The notes beneath the pieces were generated by a model, which did no database searches, was not told where the DNA came from, and was given only the letters and a program-made list of their open reading frames with translations. From positions 1-35,125 of the forward strand of contig KZ539047.1 in NCBI GenBank assembly GCA_000934665.2: a DNA stretch of 35,125 nucleotides. The letters run 5' to 3'. Every line of letters begins with the position of its first letter. Within the stretch, counting starts at the first letter, position 1. The DNA is from Catajapyx aquilonaris. Lineage: Eukaryota. Positions 11,935-26,600 of the stretch are shown in pieces. A program made the translations under genes and the position numbers.

Positions 11935-12037
11935 CTTTGTCTTCTAAACTATCTTTATTTTCATCATTTTCAACAGACATTATAAGTGCTCTATGTTATA
12001 AACCCCTTAGTCTCATATCTGTCTCATTTAACAGCAA

Positions 12038-12043
12038 AATAAA
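12038..12043 (+). terminator. Probable EXOSC7 polyadenylation signal
   Basis: AATAAA about 100 nt after the stop. Confidence 0.6.
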
Positions 12044-14396
12044 GATAACAAAGTATAATCAGTGTACACCACAACACACCTGGACCCTTTGAACTTTAAT
12101 CGTCCTTAAAAGTTGCAACAGTATTGTCTGGTTGACTAAAAATCATACTAGTCCAGTGTGTTGTAGGGTATTTTTTTAAACATCGATAAATTCTTCATAA
12201 CAACTGGGTGTGAAAATAACTCTACCCAAACATGAAGGAATGGGAAGGGGTTACATTTAGCCCAGCATCTCGAGACTGCAATAATTCCGCAGCAACAATA
12301 TATCAGGTTTCTTTCTCCATGTAGTGTACCTTTTCACTGCAGGCATAGGACTTCCAGAGGAGAAAAGTACAGGTATGTATACGTCATATGGAATAACCTG
12401 AGATTCTAATCTGCTTCCAGCACATTCTAGTGCTACATAAGCTAACAATAACACTTATGCCTTCATTCCCAGGTTATCACTGCTCTCTGTCATAACCCTA
12501 CAGCAGCAGTTCGTTGATTCTATATTTCCCTTTTTGCACTACCGACACGGGGTCTCTAACCGGTGACACTGAACATCACAGCTGAATTTAAAAATAACAT
12601 CACAGGTGGAATGCACAAGGCGCTATCATGAACTATTATTGCTAACTTGTGTCGCTCTGTATACTCTTTAATAGCTGAAGAATATCTGTGTCCCTCGCGC
12701 AGCATTAAGGTATTGTTTGCAACTCAGTTATGCAGTTCTATTGTTGCCAGTTAATTAGCTGCAAAACTACTCTTTCCATATATGATAATGGTTTTATTTT
12801 GCTAATTCATTGAGCTCCCTAAAAATATTTGCACTACAAATCTCATGGCAGGACTTGATTACATCACAGCATTCTTTGCATCTACTTAGTTGCAGACAAG
12901 TACCTTAAAAAGAGTCCCTTGCAACAAAAAACAAGTCATTAATTTGTTGCCAAGTGGCATAGTTTATTTTTAGTTTAGGGTTTAGCACCAATAGTGTTAT
13001 AAAAATAATTTTGGAACATCAACCTTAACCTAAGTGTTACAGTCTCATCATGTGTTTACTTGCCAGCAGAGTGCAACATTCCTCCAGTGACTGTGACATA
13101 AGTGTCATCTGTTGATTTGTCTTCAATGCTATTGATATATTTTCTTTGGATGCTTATCAGAAATGCGATTGTCCCTCATAATAGTGACCCTGGTTGCAGT
13201 TATGTTTGGTGCCTAGATGCTGGCAGATATGTTCGTCTATAGGATTCTTCTCATCAAAACTTCTTCACTAAAAGATTGATTAATATCTGTGTAAATATGC
13301 ACACTTTTTGAATTTTTATAGAGTGACCGTGCAAATTGCAAGGGATTCTTGGGGGTGCTGCATACATGTTGCACATGAAATATGCTAATTTTTCCAAACC
13401 ATGAGGTATGTCATCATGGGCACATATTGCACACTATAATTTATATAGATTTTGCCAGTAGCATCATCAAAGTTTCTAATACCTTAAGCCAGCTGTACAG
13501 AAATATTTTCTGAGCTTATTTCATGTTACCAGATGTAAATAGCCCCCATGCGAGAAACTACACTAGTATGCCATTACCTCATAAATAGACCTTTTCGAGC
13601 ACCATAACGGTATACTAATGGATACCAGTCCAGTATCATGAGTGCAGGAGGAAGTAGGGCATTTCCTGTGCAAATGGGGTTAACCAGAACCTTTGCCATT
13701 ATTACGTGGTTAATGTTTTCACCTGCCAAGTTATTAAAGCAGCTCTTCAGTGGCATGCTTCTGAATGAAACATGCTTCAAACTGCTGTACTTCGAGAAAT
13801 TATTATTATTATTATTTATTTATTTTACTTCACATTAAAATAAAAACACAAAAAGCAATGTAACAAACCCTGACAAGTTTGAGTGAATCTAGAAAGGTGA
13901 ATGACGAATTATTTTCATGGGAAGAGTACCAAGATTGTCACAAGAACATGGTAAAAATGCAACTTAAAATGCTGGTTTTGCACATTGCCACCTGCATTAT
14001 GCATTGCGGACCCTTTCTGCAGCCCACTATAACATGATGCAATTTATGTAATGCAGGCTTTTTATCTCCCAATACTAATGTCACTTATGGACAGCTCTGG
14101 CGCAATATCTAAAAATCTTGGGCGGAATTTTTGTCCCATTGCTAGTTTCTGCTAATTTAGCAGTAGGCCTACCAGTGTCAACAACTGATAAACATGTAAC
14201 CCATGAAAAATCTTACAGGAAAATCCTTAAGAGTATGACAAAAATTCCACCCATGGCCAGTAATAAAAGAATGGAAAGTGCAGTACCGGTACATGATAAT
14301 GCATTTTCAAGTAAAGGGATATAATAATAAGCAAAGGTCTCGATCACTCCATATGTGCACTCACAACTGTAACCTCCTTCCTAGTAATTTGGAATC

Positions 14397-17300
14397 CTAC
14401 CCCTCCTCCTCCTCCTCCCCAATAATTTCGTCCACATTATCATCCTCCTTACCAGGACAGAGCCTGAGCACTCTGACATGAAGAGGCTGTACAGGCCTGT
14501 AGTTGCGAACTACAACTCCACTGAATTCGTCCTCCTCGGAAGGCGAGGATGATGGCAGGATGCTCTTCATTGCCCTGCATTGTTCCAGCTGCTCAGAAGA
14601 TACTTCCAAGGACTTGTTGAAGACCACCCAGGTGACACACTCGCTGCATGGTGGAGTTGTCAGGGAGCCCGAGTAGGTCCAGTACTCAGTTCGATCTGTG
14701 AAAGGTGGATTCAAGCTGCTTAGGCACACTGGACTCTGATGGGATATGCTGCATATGAGTGCTGGAGAATGATGTGGGTACAATCTGGGGATACAGACCT
14801 GGGTACAGGGCTGGTATGTTCACTTGGTTCGTCACAGCACACTTCATTTTGCGGTTGGGGATTTGATCCAGCAGGTTGGTTATCTTGGCCAGCTCTCGGT
14901 TTACAGCACCTGGCTGAAGCATGAAAGAAAATAAGTTTACTAGTGTTTTCTAGTGCAAGGAAGAAAATATATATTGACATTGCAATCGCATAAACAGGGG
15001 GTCCAGAGTTCTCTTGGCTGAATATAATGTGCCCATAAGACAAAAGATTAGGTCAATTAACATAATTGAATAAATGGCCAGCAAAAACATTTTTATGCCC
15101 AAATAGATTCGAGGATTTTTTCCAACACTCTGACCTGGAATTCTGATTCATCCTCATAAAGAACAACATTGTACTGTCGCGGAAAATATGCTACTTCCTG
15201 ATGGTCAATGGTAGTCCACATGCTATACAGTTATTACGACGATATAAGTTATTACCTCGGTTATTACCTTCTGGCACATCCACATGCTTGAAATATGTTA
15301 CCGTACTGTAAAAGGGGTCACCATATTTCACCCGAGCTTTTTCCCCATAAAAACCGGCTTAAACTTAATTAGGCACTGGGATATACTGTGCCTCGCCTAA
15401 AATTAGCAAAATCGATTAATGAAGCTGCTAGAGACAGTCTTTAAGCGAGGGACCGCCCGACACATTTTTACCCGAAATTTCCATGTTTTAAGTGAAAGTT
15501 CATCCCAAGTCGTGACAGTTGTGCCAATGACCACAGCCTTCATAGAAACTGAATCAATGCTCATATCCTGTCATACTCTGCAACTTAATAACCCTGCTTG
15601 ACGGGAAGCTCATCTTCAGGAGCAACGTCCTTCGAGGGCGGACAGGACGCGCGTCATCAGCGCGTGGGACGTCGAGAAGTTGCTGTCACCTGAGACATTA
15701 CACCTGTACGGATGCTAGGAAGAGGTCACCCACCTTGAGCAGAACACCAATGACCGCCAGTCCGTCCTCCCAGTCGGCAGCCTGCAGGTAGGTCTCGTAC
15801 TTGTCCACGTTCCAATGCACAAAGTGCAGCTGAAACGAATCAACAAGGTTGTGAGAGCCGGTCCTTTGCTCTGCCGGTACTTAAAACGACCACACAGAGG
15901 AGGTCAAAATACATGCGAAGTTCTCCCAAAAGAGAGCCACTGCGTCACGGCTCTGGCTGCCTGGAGTATGCACTCCTAGGCTCTTGCTTTGCACTATGGC
16001 CAGGTGCCTATCGGTACTTGTCCCAGGCGAGTGTCGAGTGCACTGTGGTACCAGCTTTAATTAAGAATTATTTGCGAATGCCATCTATAGGCACTGGCAT
16101 GAATATTAAATTGGATCCAACAGTGATCTGTTCTAAATTACCTCCGCGACTTAACTGGATAGAAAAGCCGGATACGCAATATTTTAGCTTCCCTTTTGAG
16201 TGACTGCCTGAATTATTGTGCAGCGTGCCATGCCAACGTAGAAAGAGAATATTAAAAGAACCTTCACTGTTCAGTGCGCGTCATGCGTAGGAAGCGGCTA
16301 ATGGCAATGCCATTATTTTACAGTAAGCGAACTCATAAATTACTCTTAATTCGTCGTCGTCGTCGTACCAGACACCCTTTGCAGTAATGAGAGCGCAATT
16401 ATCATCCGAGCAACTTCTTAACGCAATTGCAGCTTTGGGAAGTGCCGTATTTGTATTGAAGTTTCGAGAAATACCAAGATCGCTCAAAATATGCGCTATA
16501 CCTGCGCTATGACGTTGCTGCATGCTCTTAGTGGTTACCATGGAGATTTTAGAAAATAGGGTGAGCGGGCGGATTTGGGCTGCTCACATAATGGACAGCT
16601 TATGCAGAAGCCTATTATGTATAGGTCTACAACGAAGGGATTCAGATTCAAAAAGTACCTCGAAACCGACACTCGGTCCATGCCGCTGAATGTGGCAGCC
16701 TCATTATCGCTCCAGTGCTCCACGGTAACCAGACATTGCAAAGTTTGTAATAAGCGGTCAACCGGAAAGCATGCCATGCGGAGGACAACCTTTCGCCATA
16801 ATTTATTTCAATTTTCCAGTCGCATTACCTGCAATACGTTGCCCTGTCAAAAGCTTCATATGCACTCTTTCGTTATGGAATAGTTGGCAAACTTTATTTC
16901 ATTTCATGTTGAATTTAAAAGCGGCTTTTTTATGCAGCTCGGCTGTCCGTTGTTTTGCTGAAACTGTGGGAGCATGAATGCTCGAGACTTCAAAGGACTA
17001 CGGTAACGTCGAGATGGAGTTCGTTACTGGAAGTTCTATAATTAACCCTCTCTTTTCAATACCCCATCACCCAGGTGTGAGCATTGAATCATCCCATTAA
17101 TATACCACACTCCAATTTTCGATCACCCCACCCTCCTTCCACCCCCTCAAAAAAATAAAATAAAACAAAACAAAAAAAACCAAGGCCCTCAGTCACCCCC
17201 ATCGGAATCCGCTCTTCCCCAGACTTGCCCGATCGATCCTTTTGCCCAAACCCAGCAGCCTCCCTGGGCCAAACTCTGCACTTCCACCCCCGCGCTCGTC

Positions 17301-20300
17301 TACCACCATCCCCCGAAAATCCCCACCCAGCCCACCCCATCTCGTCACCGCCTGACCTACCTTTTATACACACTGCCCTACATATACTGCACCAGTGTTC
17401 CAGAATTTCAGGAAATTTTTCATTACAGAAAATATTGAGGGGAAAATATGCACACTGTTGGGTGGGTGGCCTGACGCGCAGGATGATGTTGCATTGTCCC
17501 CAGGAACACCTAGTGTGGATCGATCCACCTGGACAGCCTGTTACAAACCCTGTGCCCAACCAAATAAGATGTACCTCTCCAGCGAAAGGCTTGCCGTCGA
17601 TTGTATGCTCCGAGCCTTCTCCGTCGTCCAACCCCCAGTGCATGTGGAACTGGACCAGCCTGTACCGATGCCTCAGAGGTCCTCCAGTCAACTCTGCCGA
17701 AATCAATTCTCAGATTACTACCCATCCTTGCAATCACCAGGTTATTTTCCTTCCCAATAAAAGCATCCGCACACTCGCAAGAATCCAATTACACGTCACC
17801 GAAGCAACTCAAACGCAGGTTGCAGCCTATTCTTGTCCGCATAATTGGACCTGGGGGGGAACCTAATGCAATCGTGCTCGGGTGTGTCAACAAAGCGGGG
17901 TGTATACACGCGGGCGCTTTTATGCAAATATAATTTTTTTAATGGAACTTAAACATAGAGTATGTGCTCTGGCTTAATGTGACCGCCGATGCATTAATTA
18001 TACTAGAAGGCGAGGCAGATTGAAACACCGGTTTCATATGGATTTTAGGACTCTGCGCCGAGTGAGGATGCTCCTAGTTGGAATTATGGCAATGGTTCCA
18101 TATGTGGTACCTCATCCAAAAATTGCCAAAGAACCAAGGGCCCAATCGGACCAAAAAAATAAATTGAAGTGTCTTTGGACGAACCATTTTCTTGGAGGTA
18201 CCGGTAGTTGTTTTTGCCCGAACTCACCCGATGTGTTATCGAAGAGGCTGCATTTCCAGCCGGTTCCAGTGTTTTCCAGCTCGGCGGTCCCATCGTTGAC
18301 GTAGTTCCACTGCAGCGGCGAGACTTGCTTATCCACGCTGACTTTTCCTTGTGAGATGTTCACCGGAGACTGCCTTGAGCCTTTGGCCTGAGGGAACCGC
18401 TGCCCCCACGTTCCGGGACCTGCAAGAAAATACCATTGTTTCCATATCACCAGTCCGCAATCTGGTGATGTCGTACAGGAGACCTCATTTCCGCCAGTTG
18501 CCGTAACCTGCTTCGTAGCCCAGGGAACAACAATTGATTACAACGTCACCAGTCAAGGACGACCTAGATATGATTTTTTCCCCCCCTGCAGCCTCCAATA
18601 TCATGCATCTAAGCGACCGGCAATATTGTTTTTTTTTTTAAAACAAACTATAGAGGGCCTAAAATTGCCTCTGTAATGACTGTATCAGAAGTGGCTCTCA
18701 GCACACGACGTGCTTGTAGCGCCCTTGATATGAGATGTGGGTCGTGCTTTATCGTAGATCAAACACTCATGTAAAGGACCAGATTGCTTCCAGTACTGTG
18801 TCTCTGAAGCAATCAAACGTTGTGCGAAATTCGGTCCGTTGCACTGTAAATCACACGTTGATCATTTCACACTTTATGACTTTATGACGTAAAGGTCAAC
18901 TTGGCAAATATTCAAGAGTAATGTTTGGACGTTTACCGCGATTTATGGCCAGAAAGCCGGCTGCAATATGTCAGTTCCGTACAGCTCAACGTTGCTAATA
19001 ACATTTGCACACGAAATAACTTCATTACGTACACGGCCACAATGGGACATGAATGTACAAATTTTTCGTGTGAATTTTTACTTCAATTGCAAATTGCTTC
19101 CACGCAACTTGTTGACGCACGAAATCGTTACCTTTCCAAGGAGTACACACTGCATACTTGTAAACACTACAGAAATATATAAAAAAATAATGTACAAACG
19201 AAAATTATTGTTCCCAAAGTTGCACAATTCTATTTTTTGCTCAAGAATTTTGCAAGGTCATCCAGTAAAGTCTGGATTTAAAGCAGCTCCCCGGCAAGAG
19301 ATGCCTGATTCTCATATAGAGTTTTCTACCAGCTACTGTACCAGGATATTTTTGCTCTGGTAGCTAAAAAAGAAAAACAATCGTATATCACCCCGCTGCC
19401 TCAAACAACTCCAAACAATTTAGGGCAGCTCCATTTGAAAAGCATTGAAGGTCCCTCCTTTCATTTTGCTGGAACTGGTTCGAAATTTCAGCCGACTCTG
19501 CCATTTGCACACAACGCTACTGCACTGTAGCAAGTGCCCTTTTTTATGTCGTGCCTCATTTTTTTTTCGAAAAAACTCCCGCAGGAAACTGCGCCCTGGC
19601 TTTTTGAAATCAATTTCATATACCGCCCGGCATTTAGCGTAATCGATACACCGTGCGTCATTTGCGAATTAAACTAATCGGTGAGTTTATGAGCAACAAG
19701 TGTATACATGAGCAAACATGTATCTGTACTCGCGTAATTTTGAAAGAAAAAAAATCAAGTAGGTACCTCCACGATCTTTTTTAAAAAATAAATAAATAAT
19801 AAATAATAAAAAGACGGAAAATGCAAAACACATTTCATCCTGTCTACCCACTTTTCCAAGTCCGCTATATACAAAACTTTGCGTTTCACGGAAACAAATT
19901 GCGTGAATGCTGAATCTGGACAATGCAAGTCGACACAATTGACCCAACAATACAAATGGACTTCGGGGGAGTCGACACGGAAGCTCACACAAACGCCATT
20001 TAAAAGGGTTTCAGATCTTCATCAACTTGACGGCTCATTTCCTTATAGGAGTGAAATATTCCGATGCAGCTGCGCACTAACGTCAGTCTTCATTAGAATA
20101 AATGGTGCAAGGATGCAGACCCACGTATAATCATCGATCTGCGTTAATAAACACTTTTTCCGCGAAGGCTACTCAGATGGCCAAACTTTTTTCATTGCGA
20201 AGAAAACCATCGTTAAGGGTCGTTTCTAACTACGCGCATCCAGCTAGGATTAAATTACAGGCTTGGGAAAGTCTGGTCGTAATCCGAGTAATAAATTGAG

Positions 20301-23300
20301 GAACATTAGGACAACAGTTTCGAAGTTGTTTTGCCGCACTACTATAGTGACTGGTTGACTTTAAGGCTGTTTGATGCCTGCTCTCACGAGTGTTATTCTT
20401 TGGGTTAGTCATCGTCATTGCCATCATGAGAATCCCCGCAAACACTTGTAAATGCCACCATTCAATTTGCATGCATCGAAATAGCCAAAATGCATCGTTG
20501 CTCGCAAAAATTACAAGTGTAATGAGAGGGAAAGATATTTCCTATAAAACTAGCCGATCATCATCCAACATTAAGCTCCATTAAAGGTAGTGGGCTTGAG
20601 CAAATAGTAAATACTAAAAGGCGTGACCGGGCGTAAACACTGCTGCCAACACCTTCAATTTTTGAAACGTCATCTGTACAACCAACAAGGAAAAGCTCTC
20701 AACTGTTTCCCAATGGTAAACGTGCTAGACACTGATCCATCCAAACCTTTTCCAGGCCTATTTAAAACCTCAATAAATAATTCAGAACCGCCTCATCTCG
20801 ATTACAGGCACGGTACAGCTTCAAAGTAAATCAATATGTAAGCTGGCACCTGATTTTTTGTTTGCCTACTCCTCCTCCGCCTTTCACTCCTACCCTTTTG
20901 TCAACCCTATTGTATTTCCGAGCAACAAGAGAAGAAATCCTTCCATCTCCGAGGTCTCGCCTTAACGCAGTTTCCTAGGGCTTCAAAAGTTACAAAACCA
21001 TGTTACATGAACCATGAGCAGGTAATCAGTGACAGCATTGTCTTTCACCTGCAAGGTATAAAGGCGTGAAACTTGGGTCTGATCCATGAGCAAGAGCAGA
21101 ATTAATGCGTCCTTGAGCGGTTATTACCATCTCTAGTCAAGTAAGCTCACGTAAAAGTTTGTCTCTCAAAAAGTTCTCCGTGAAAAAATATGGCAAAAAA
21201 AGAACGCATTTTTCTCACTTTCATGTAAATAATGTCTTTGTCGACGCGCCCACTCTCTCAAGGGCTCCTTTTTGTGCCAGATAGAAGGCTTTATGCACCT
21301 GAGACACATCTTTAACGAGTTTTCTTTTGATGTCAGGCAATAAAATATACGCAGCCTTTTGTTGAAGGAGCAGCTTCATACTAGAGAAGACTCGTGAGAT
21401 GGAAAAAAAAACTATCATTAGAAGCGCAATTTGGAGCATTGCATGTAACAAACAGACTAGTTGTTACATTCCTTCCCAGCCATTTCCTTCTGTGAACTTT
21501 TTTGTGATGTTTTTCAAGTCATTTTCAATTTGCGTTCTATCAGGCCATTTAACGACTCTGTTTTGGACGCTTTAAGTATTTTTTAAGAGGTCCAGGACTA
21601 TCTGGCAGACAGCAGTTCCCTTCTCTGCGCAGAACTCGATTAGAATGACAATCAGGTGCGGGGAATGCCTTTTCCTTCCCCGCAGCGCATTTTGCCCGCA
21701 GATATTAATACCTTCTGAACCAAGAACCGGTTCAAAAGGACATCTAAGGTCTATAGAGGAAAGAGCGAATCCCTAGAATACTGGCGGGATTCTAAATCAG
21801 TAATGCGCATACTGATGTTGAAACATGTATATTGCAGATTCTGTGCATGATTGACGCTATTGACCTATGGGGTTTTCAGCCACAAATAGAGCATTTTGAA
21901 ATGTCATAACTTCAATTTTTACGGTTTAATATATAGAGTGCAGTTTCAATATCCTGATTGCTTTTCCGAAGATATACGACTAGTGCATGAGGGTTGCGCA
22001 TCAGCTTTACTGCATATTAGCACATATTAGTAATGATGCTACAGAACATGAAGGCATAATTCGATCATTTTACTGCAAATAGGTGGGGCAGAAGCTCATA
22101 GAGTGAGGAATAATGACATCAGTAACGGTCCACGTGAGTTATGTTTTTGCAACTGTCGGGGGAAACGTTGGCTTATAGCCGATAAAGTTTTGGGAGTGCC
22201 TTCCTGCGTATATAGAGTTTGAAAGGCAAGCTCCTTAGGTGATGACGAATTATTAATGCGGCAGTAAAGGTTTGGTTAGTACCTATCGTATATGGGGGAA
22301 TATTTTTAAAGCAGTTTCTGCTGGCAGGCCTTCAAAATGAACAGTCCAAGTTGCTACCTGATAAGCGAAAGTTCGAAATTTATGCGAATAATTCAGCATG
22401 GGAAAGACCGATGGAACCGGACAAGCTGAAGAAATATTTTCATTAGTTTCATATTCATGAAGTTCATGTTGAGACTCAGTCAATCAGAGTTCGACGTATA
22501 TGACGTAATTTCTGTTCCACGTTCTTTTGTGATGCCAGACCTCTGATAATTGCGAAATATGGACCCCAATAAATACACCGTGAAAATTTACATCTTATTT
22601 TATTGCACTGCATAGACTAATTATGCACACCGTGACAATGGCTTTACCATACGTAAACTTTAAATTAGCCTGTTTTTATACAGTACTTCAGATATTGCCA
22701 GAGGGATATGTCGTTATTTTTTCCTTGTACACTGTCATAAAATTTCCAAATATGTAGTGCGTATATTCCATTGGTGAAAAGTCAGGCCTGAAAGTAATAA
22801 CTCTAAAATGACCTACAATACACAGTTACACACCCATGAAGTATAGTTTCAACACCTCCACTTCTGGCCCGTAAAATGTTAGCCTGCATATACGTAATTC
22901 CGATTGAGACAGAAAAACATCAATTTTGATGTACATCAGATTTGTGGTCGTTGAAAGGTAATTATGCAAGGTCGAATGTAGATACTGTATCTATCATGGT
23001 TGGAGAATAATTTAGGCAAGTGGACTAGGCATTCTGTGAGCCTGTAACACATCCTCTCATGAGACAAGCCTCAACAGGGACTCATTTTAATAGAGGTTAC
23101 ATGACTTTATGCTCGCTTGAATTACATAATCATTTTTCCTGCATGTTAAGGCAACTCGCTATGCTGCGCCAGAATCGAGAGCAGAGTTAATGCAGTTCCG
23201 TCCCAAAATTGCACTACATCACTCTGCTTCCAACAACACGCGCATAAATTAAACTTCCGTTGTAACTTTCTATACACCTATTTGGAAAAAAAATTTAAAT

Positions 23301-23634
23301 AAAATACGAATGAGTGGACGTCAAAATAGTTTTTCTCCGTCCCTGCACAAATATTAGGTATTAAGTAGATCACCCCATCAAATTATTTAGTTGATTTGCT
23401 AAATTAAATTAAACTTTTTGTTGTCCAACCTTTCATAGAAGTATGTTTCAGCTGACTCATATACACATCTGCTACAGTGCTACTCCAAGCATAATTCTAT
23501 CTTCCAAAAAAACTGTCGCCGGCTATATTTGCTCCAAGCCTCATCATCTGTCGCACCCTGTTTCCAGCAGAACGGACTTAATGGAAAAATAGCAAGAGTT
23601 GACACTCACCATTAGATTGCCCGTAACCCCACAT
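14397..23634 (-). CDS. Cytosolic alpha-carbonic anhydrase. Exons 23634-23610, 18419-18228, 17693-17575, 15829-15734, 14913-14799, 14695-14397; 281 aa from the MWGY ATG, with a possible longer N-terminus (see findings).
   Basis: MWGY..NGPGTW, RQSPVNI, zinc ligands QFHMHWG and ELHFVHWN, GSEHTIDG, DGLAVIGV, YWTYSGSLTTPPCSE, NYRPVQPL. No signal peptide or GPI tail. Splice phases are consistent. Confidence 0.95.
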
Positions 23635-26600
23635 GGCAGCCGGTGTACCGAAATCGAAGTAACTGACGGTCGGAGATCGACTTTGGTTGCGCTGAAAGAG
23701 AAGTGGACAAGGGAATGGGTGCTGTGTAAGTGGTACGGTATCTAAGCCAGCAGAAGAGTAGATACTGGACCCCACAACCGGGAAGTAGCCACGATTATAT
23801 ATCATGGATGTCTAGTGACACACACACACACACTGTACGTCACATGACGGGGTGGGGTCTGGGGGGGGGGGGGGNGGGGGGGGGGTTATAGAGGCGGGAC
23901 ACATCCATCACACGAGATGACCATTCCATCCAAGTCCCTTCGGGGATCTCCAACTTAACCCCCTTTTCCTCTGATTCGATCAAACCACACCCTAATTTCC
24001 AATCGGAGTGGGAGCTCTAGGAATTAATTAATCCGCATTGCTGCCACTTAACTTGCCAACTCACACCTGCTCAAAGTTGCCTGAGACGCTCGCTGACTCA
24101 ACTTGTACTAGAGTTATTCCTGGGGAAATTTCCACGTGCATATTTCAGTCCCCGCAGATGGCTTTCCAAGTACCTCAACTTCCATAACTCGCATAAATAT
24201 TTATTTTAACTTCAAGAGCCGAATGACTCCGGAGGGACGATTGATGGCGCTTCTGGGAGCGGCTCACAACCGGGGAGAACTCAACAATAACAGGACTGCT
24301 GCTGCTGGCTCAACAATGGCCTAAGTGCAAAGTAACAAGTTTTGAACTAATGCACTTGTATAGTTTAAATTTTAAATTGAAATTAATTGAACGTATACTC
24401 TTGTGTAGTACATATCATACCCCAACATTGTAATGTGTGTGAAAATTCAAAAATTCCCTTCCAGATTTCGTGCTGAGAGGCGGATCGACTTATTTTCTCG
24501 CACAAGGCTTATCATCACATGTAATGAATCGCTTGTTATGTCTATTGCGTTACAGGGAATTCCCTCACGAGAGAGGCGAATCCCTTTCCAACTTTAACCA
24601 GAAATTGCACGGGATACCACCGTTCCCGGAGGTATCCGATTCCCCTGGATCCATGGACACGCGCCCCTGCTTTAATGGATTGAAGAACTTGTCCACGTAA
24701 TCAATTTCCTTAGGCAACCTTCCATTGTGTTTCCCACGAGCCCCTCATCCCTCCAATTCGTTTAATATTCTTAGATGCAATCCACGACGTCCGGCAATCG
24801 AGGAAATGGCTGAATAATAAATTAATCAAAGCGGAGCTTACAGACAGCACAACAGAACCATTAGCATATATGTTGATGTTGAACTGTGAGAAAAATAGGC
24901 CAATCAAGTCCAATTTTCGCACTCTTTGGCACGAATCGAATCCGGAAAATTGTCAACTGCGGCGCAATTCCGGCGAATGTGCTGTCTGCCGGCAAATTGA
25001 GGGGTGATAAAGTGGAAAAAAGCTAGAGCCATTATTGGAAAGTGGCTTTCAAAAATATTGGCAATATATTTAACAATCGGCACGTTTCGGTTGCTTGAAC
25101 AGGCGAGACCAAAATCCTGCGAAATTTCTTACTTTGGTGCTAAGGTCACCTTGTACAATAACACTGGCCGCAATTATCTATAGAATAACACTATTGTAAA
25201 AATTTATCAACCGAAAGTGCAATTGTGTCATGGCTGACCCATTATCAAGATTCTCCCTCAGGTGTGCTATTCTCTGCAGCTTTATGTGAAAGTCCGCCAT
25301 ATGGCACAGCACTCTCCAATAATTATTAAATGACATATACGCCCAGCATGATGACAACAAAACCCCAACCTGAATATGAAAGCGTCATTACCATTTTTTG
25401 GGGCATTTTTGTTCCCTTCTTTAGAGACATGACGACGTGGGAGGGGCCGATATCACTCTTTCAACTGACGACAATCCGAATATTTACAAGCACTCCCAAC
25501 CGACAACAATGGACGGATTTTTTTTGCATAAGCTCGAAACCATGGATCCCGCCATTGGGGTCGAGTTATGAACTTACCTACTTCTAAATGCACAAATTAC
25601 GTTGGTTGCATCACTTTAGCCAAGAAACCTTCCGATTAGATAAGTCTGCTGCGACAGCTTCTCCTAAGATTGTCAACTCGGGTAGTGGTGAATGCCACAA
25701 AATGTGGGTTGAATGATAACAGAAAGTGCAAAGGCCACGTCATACTAGTTTATTCGCGAACTGATCAGCAACATTGGGTGCATCTGGAACTCATATAAGG
25801 AAGGATTTTTTCTCATTGGATATAGGAGGATTCCCCTCAGGCGTGAGATTCTCCTACTTCGTCGGTCTTGTTTTCCTCGGATGGATCCGTTTTTTTATTG
25901 CTTAGCTCCAGGAATTGGCCACTCGTGTAATCGGGTGTATCTTCTCATTAGTAATGACAGTAATCACATACCGTGTGCTCATAAATTTGTTCATATCAGT
26001 ATCGGTGACTTGTAGCCTCACTACGGCATAGCTATATATTCCAAATTGAAAGGCAATGTGACTGAGGTAATAGTCAGCAAAATGCACCAGCACGAAAGTG
26101 AGCTAAATTCTGAAACACGGTATAATCACAAGCAGGCTTCAATGCTTCCTTATGAATGTGATTACGTGCAATCATGAATAATCTATATCAGATGCACAAT
26201 TTATTCAAAGAGGCGTGTCAAACTTAGCCGATAAAGATAACCCGATCAGCGAATTCGGCAGTGAGAAATAGGTTTTTCCCTATGCCATATCCCCGTGTAA
26301 TGTCATGCGAAATAGAAAAATGACATTAATATTGGAAAAAAGGCGAAAGAGCACAGGCACAATCAATTCCTTGTTAAGTGTTATTGCCACACTGACGGAA
26401 AAGATTAGTGAACTACTGTACTACAATACACCAAGGATTAAAATCACATCCAAGAAAGTCACGCACCTGTCACCTATATCACCTATAAAAGCGCGGGAAA
26501 CTCGTGTATGTCCTGTTTTCATATGCAGACTCAAAGTTTCGTCTCCAGCAGTCTACACTGGTAACGCCAAACACGGTGTCGCCGTGCGTCCTGTATTACA

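Noticed and set aside
12968..13034. TTAGGG- and AACCT-like motifs suggesting telomeric or Helentron-type sequence
   Set aside because: Only one or two imperfect units; no array or defined ends.
17089..17933. Long ORFs on both strands (205 and 213 aa)
   Set aside because: Only 17575-17693 is a carbonic anhydrase exon; the rest is intron read-through or antisense over a C-rich tract.
23692..23805. In-frame upstream ATG (MIYNRGYF...) as the carbonic anhydrase start
   Set aside because: The segment ends in a strong polypyrimidine-AG acceptor, so it looks intronic. It cannot be fully excluded for proximal-promoter transcripts.
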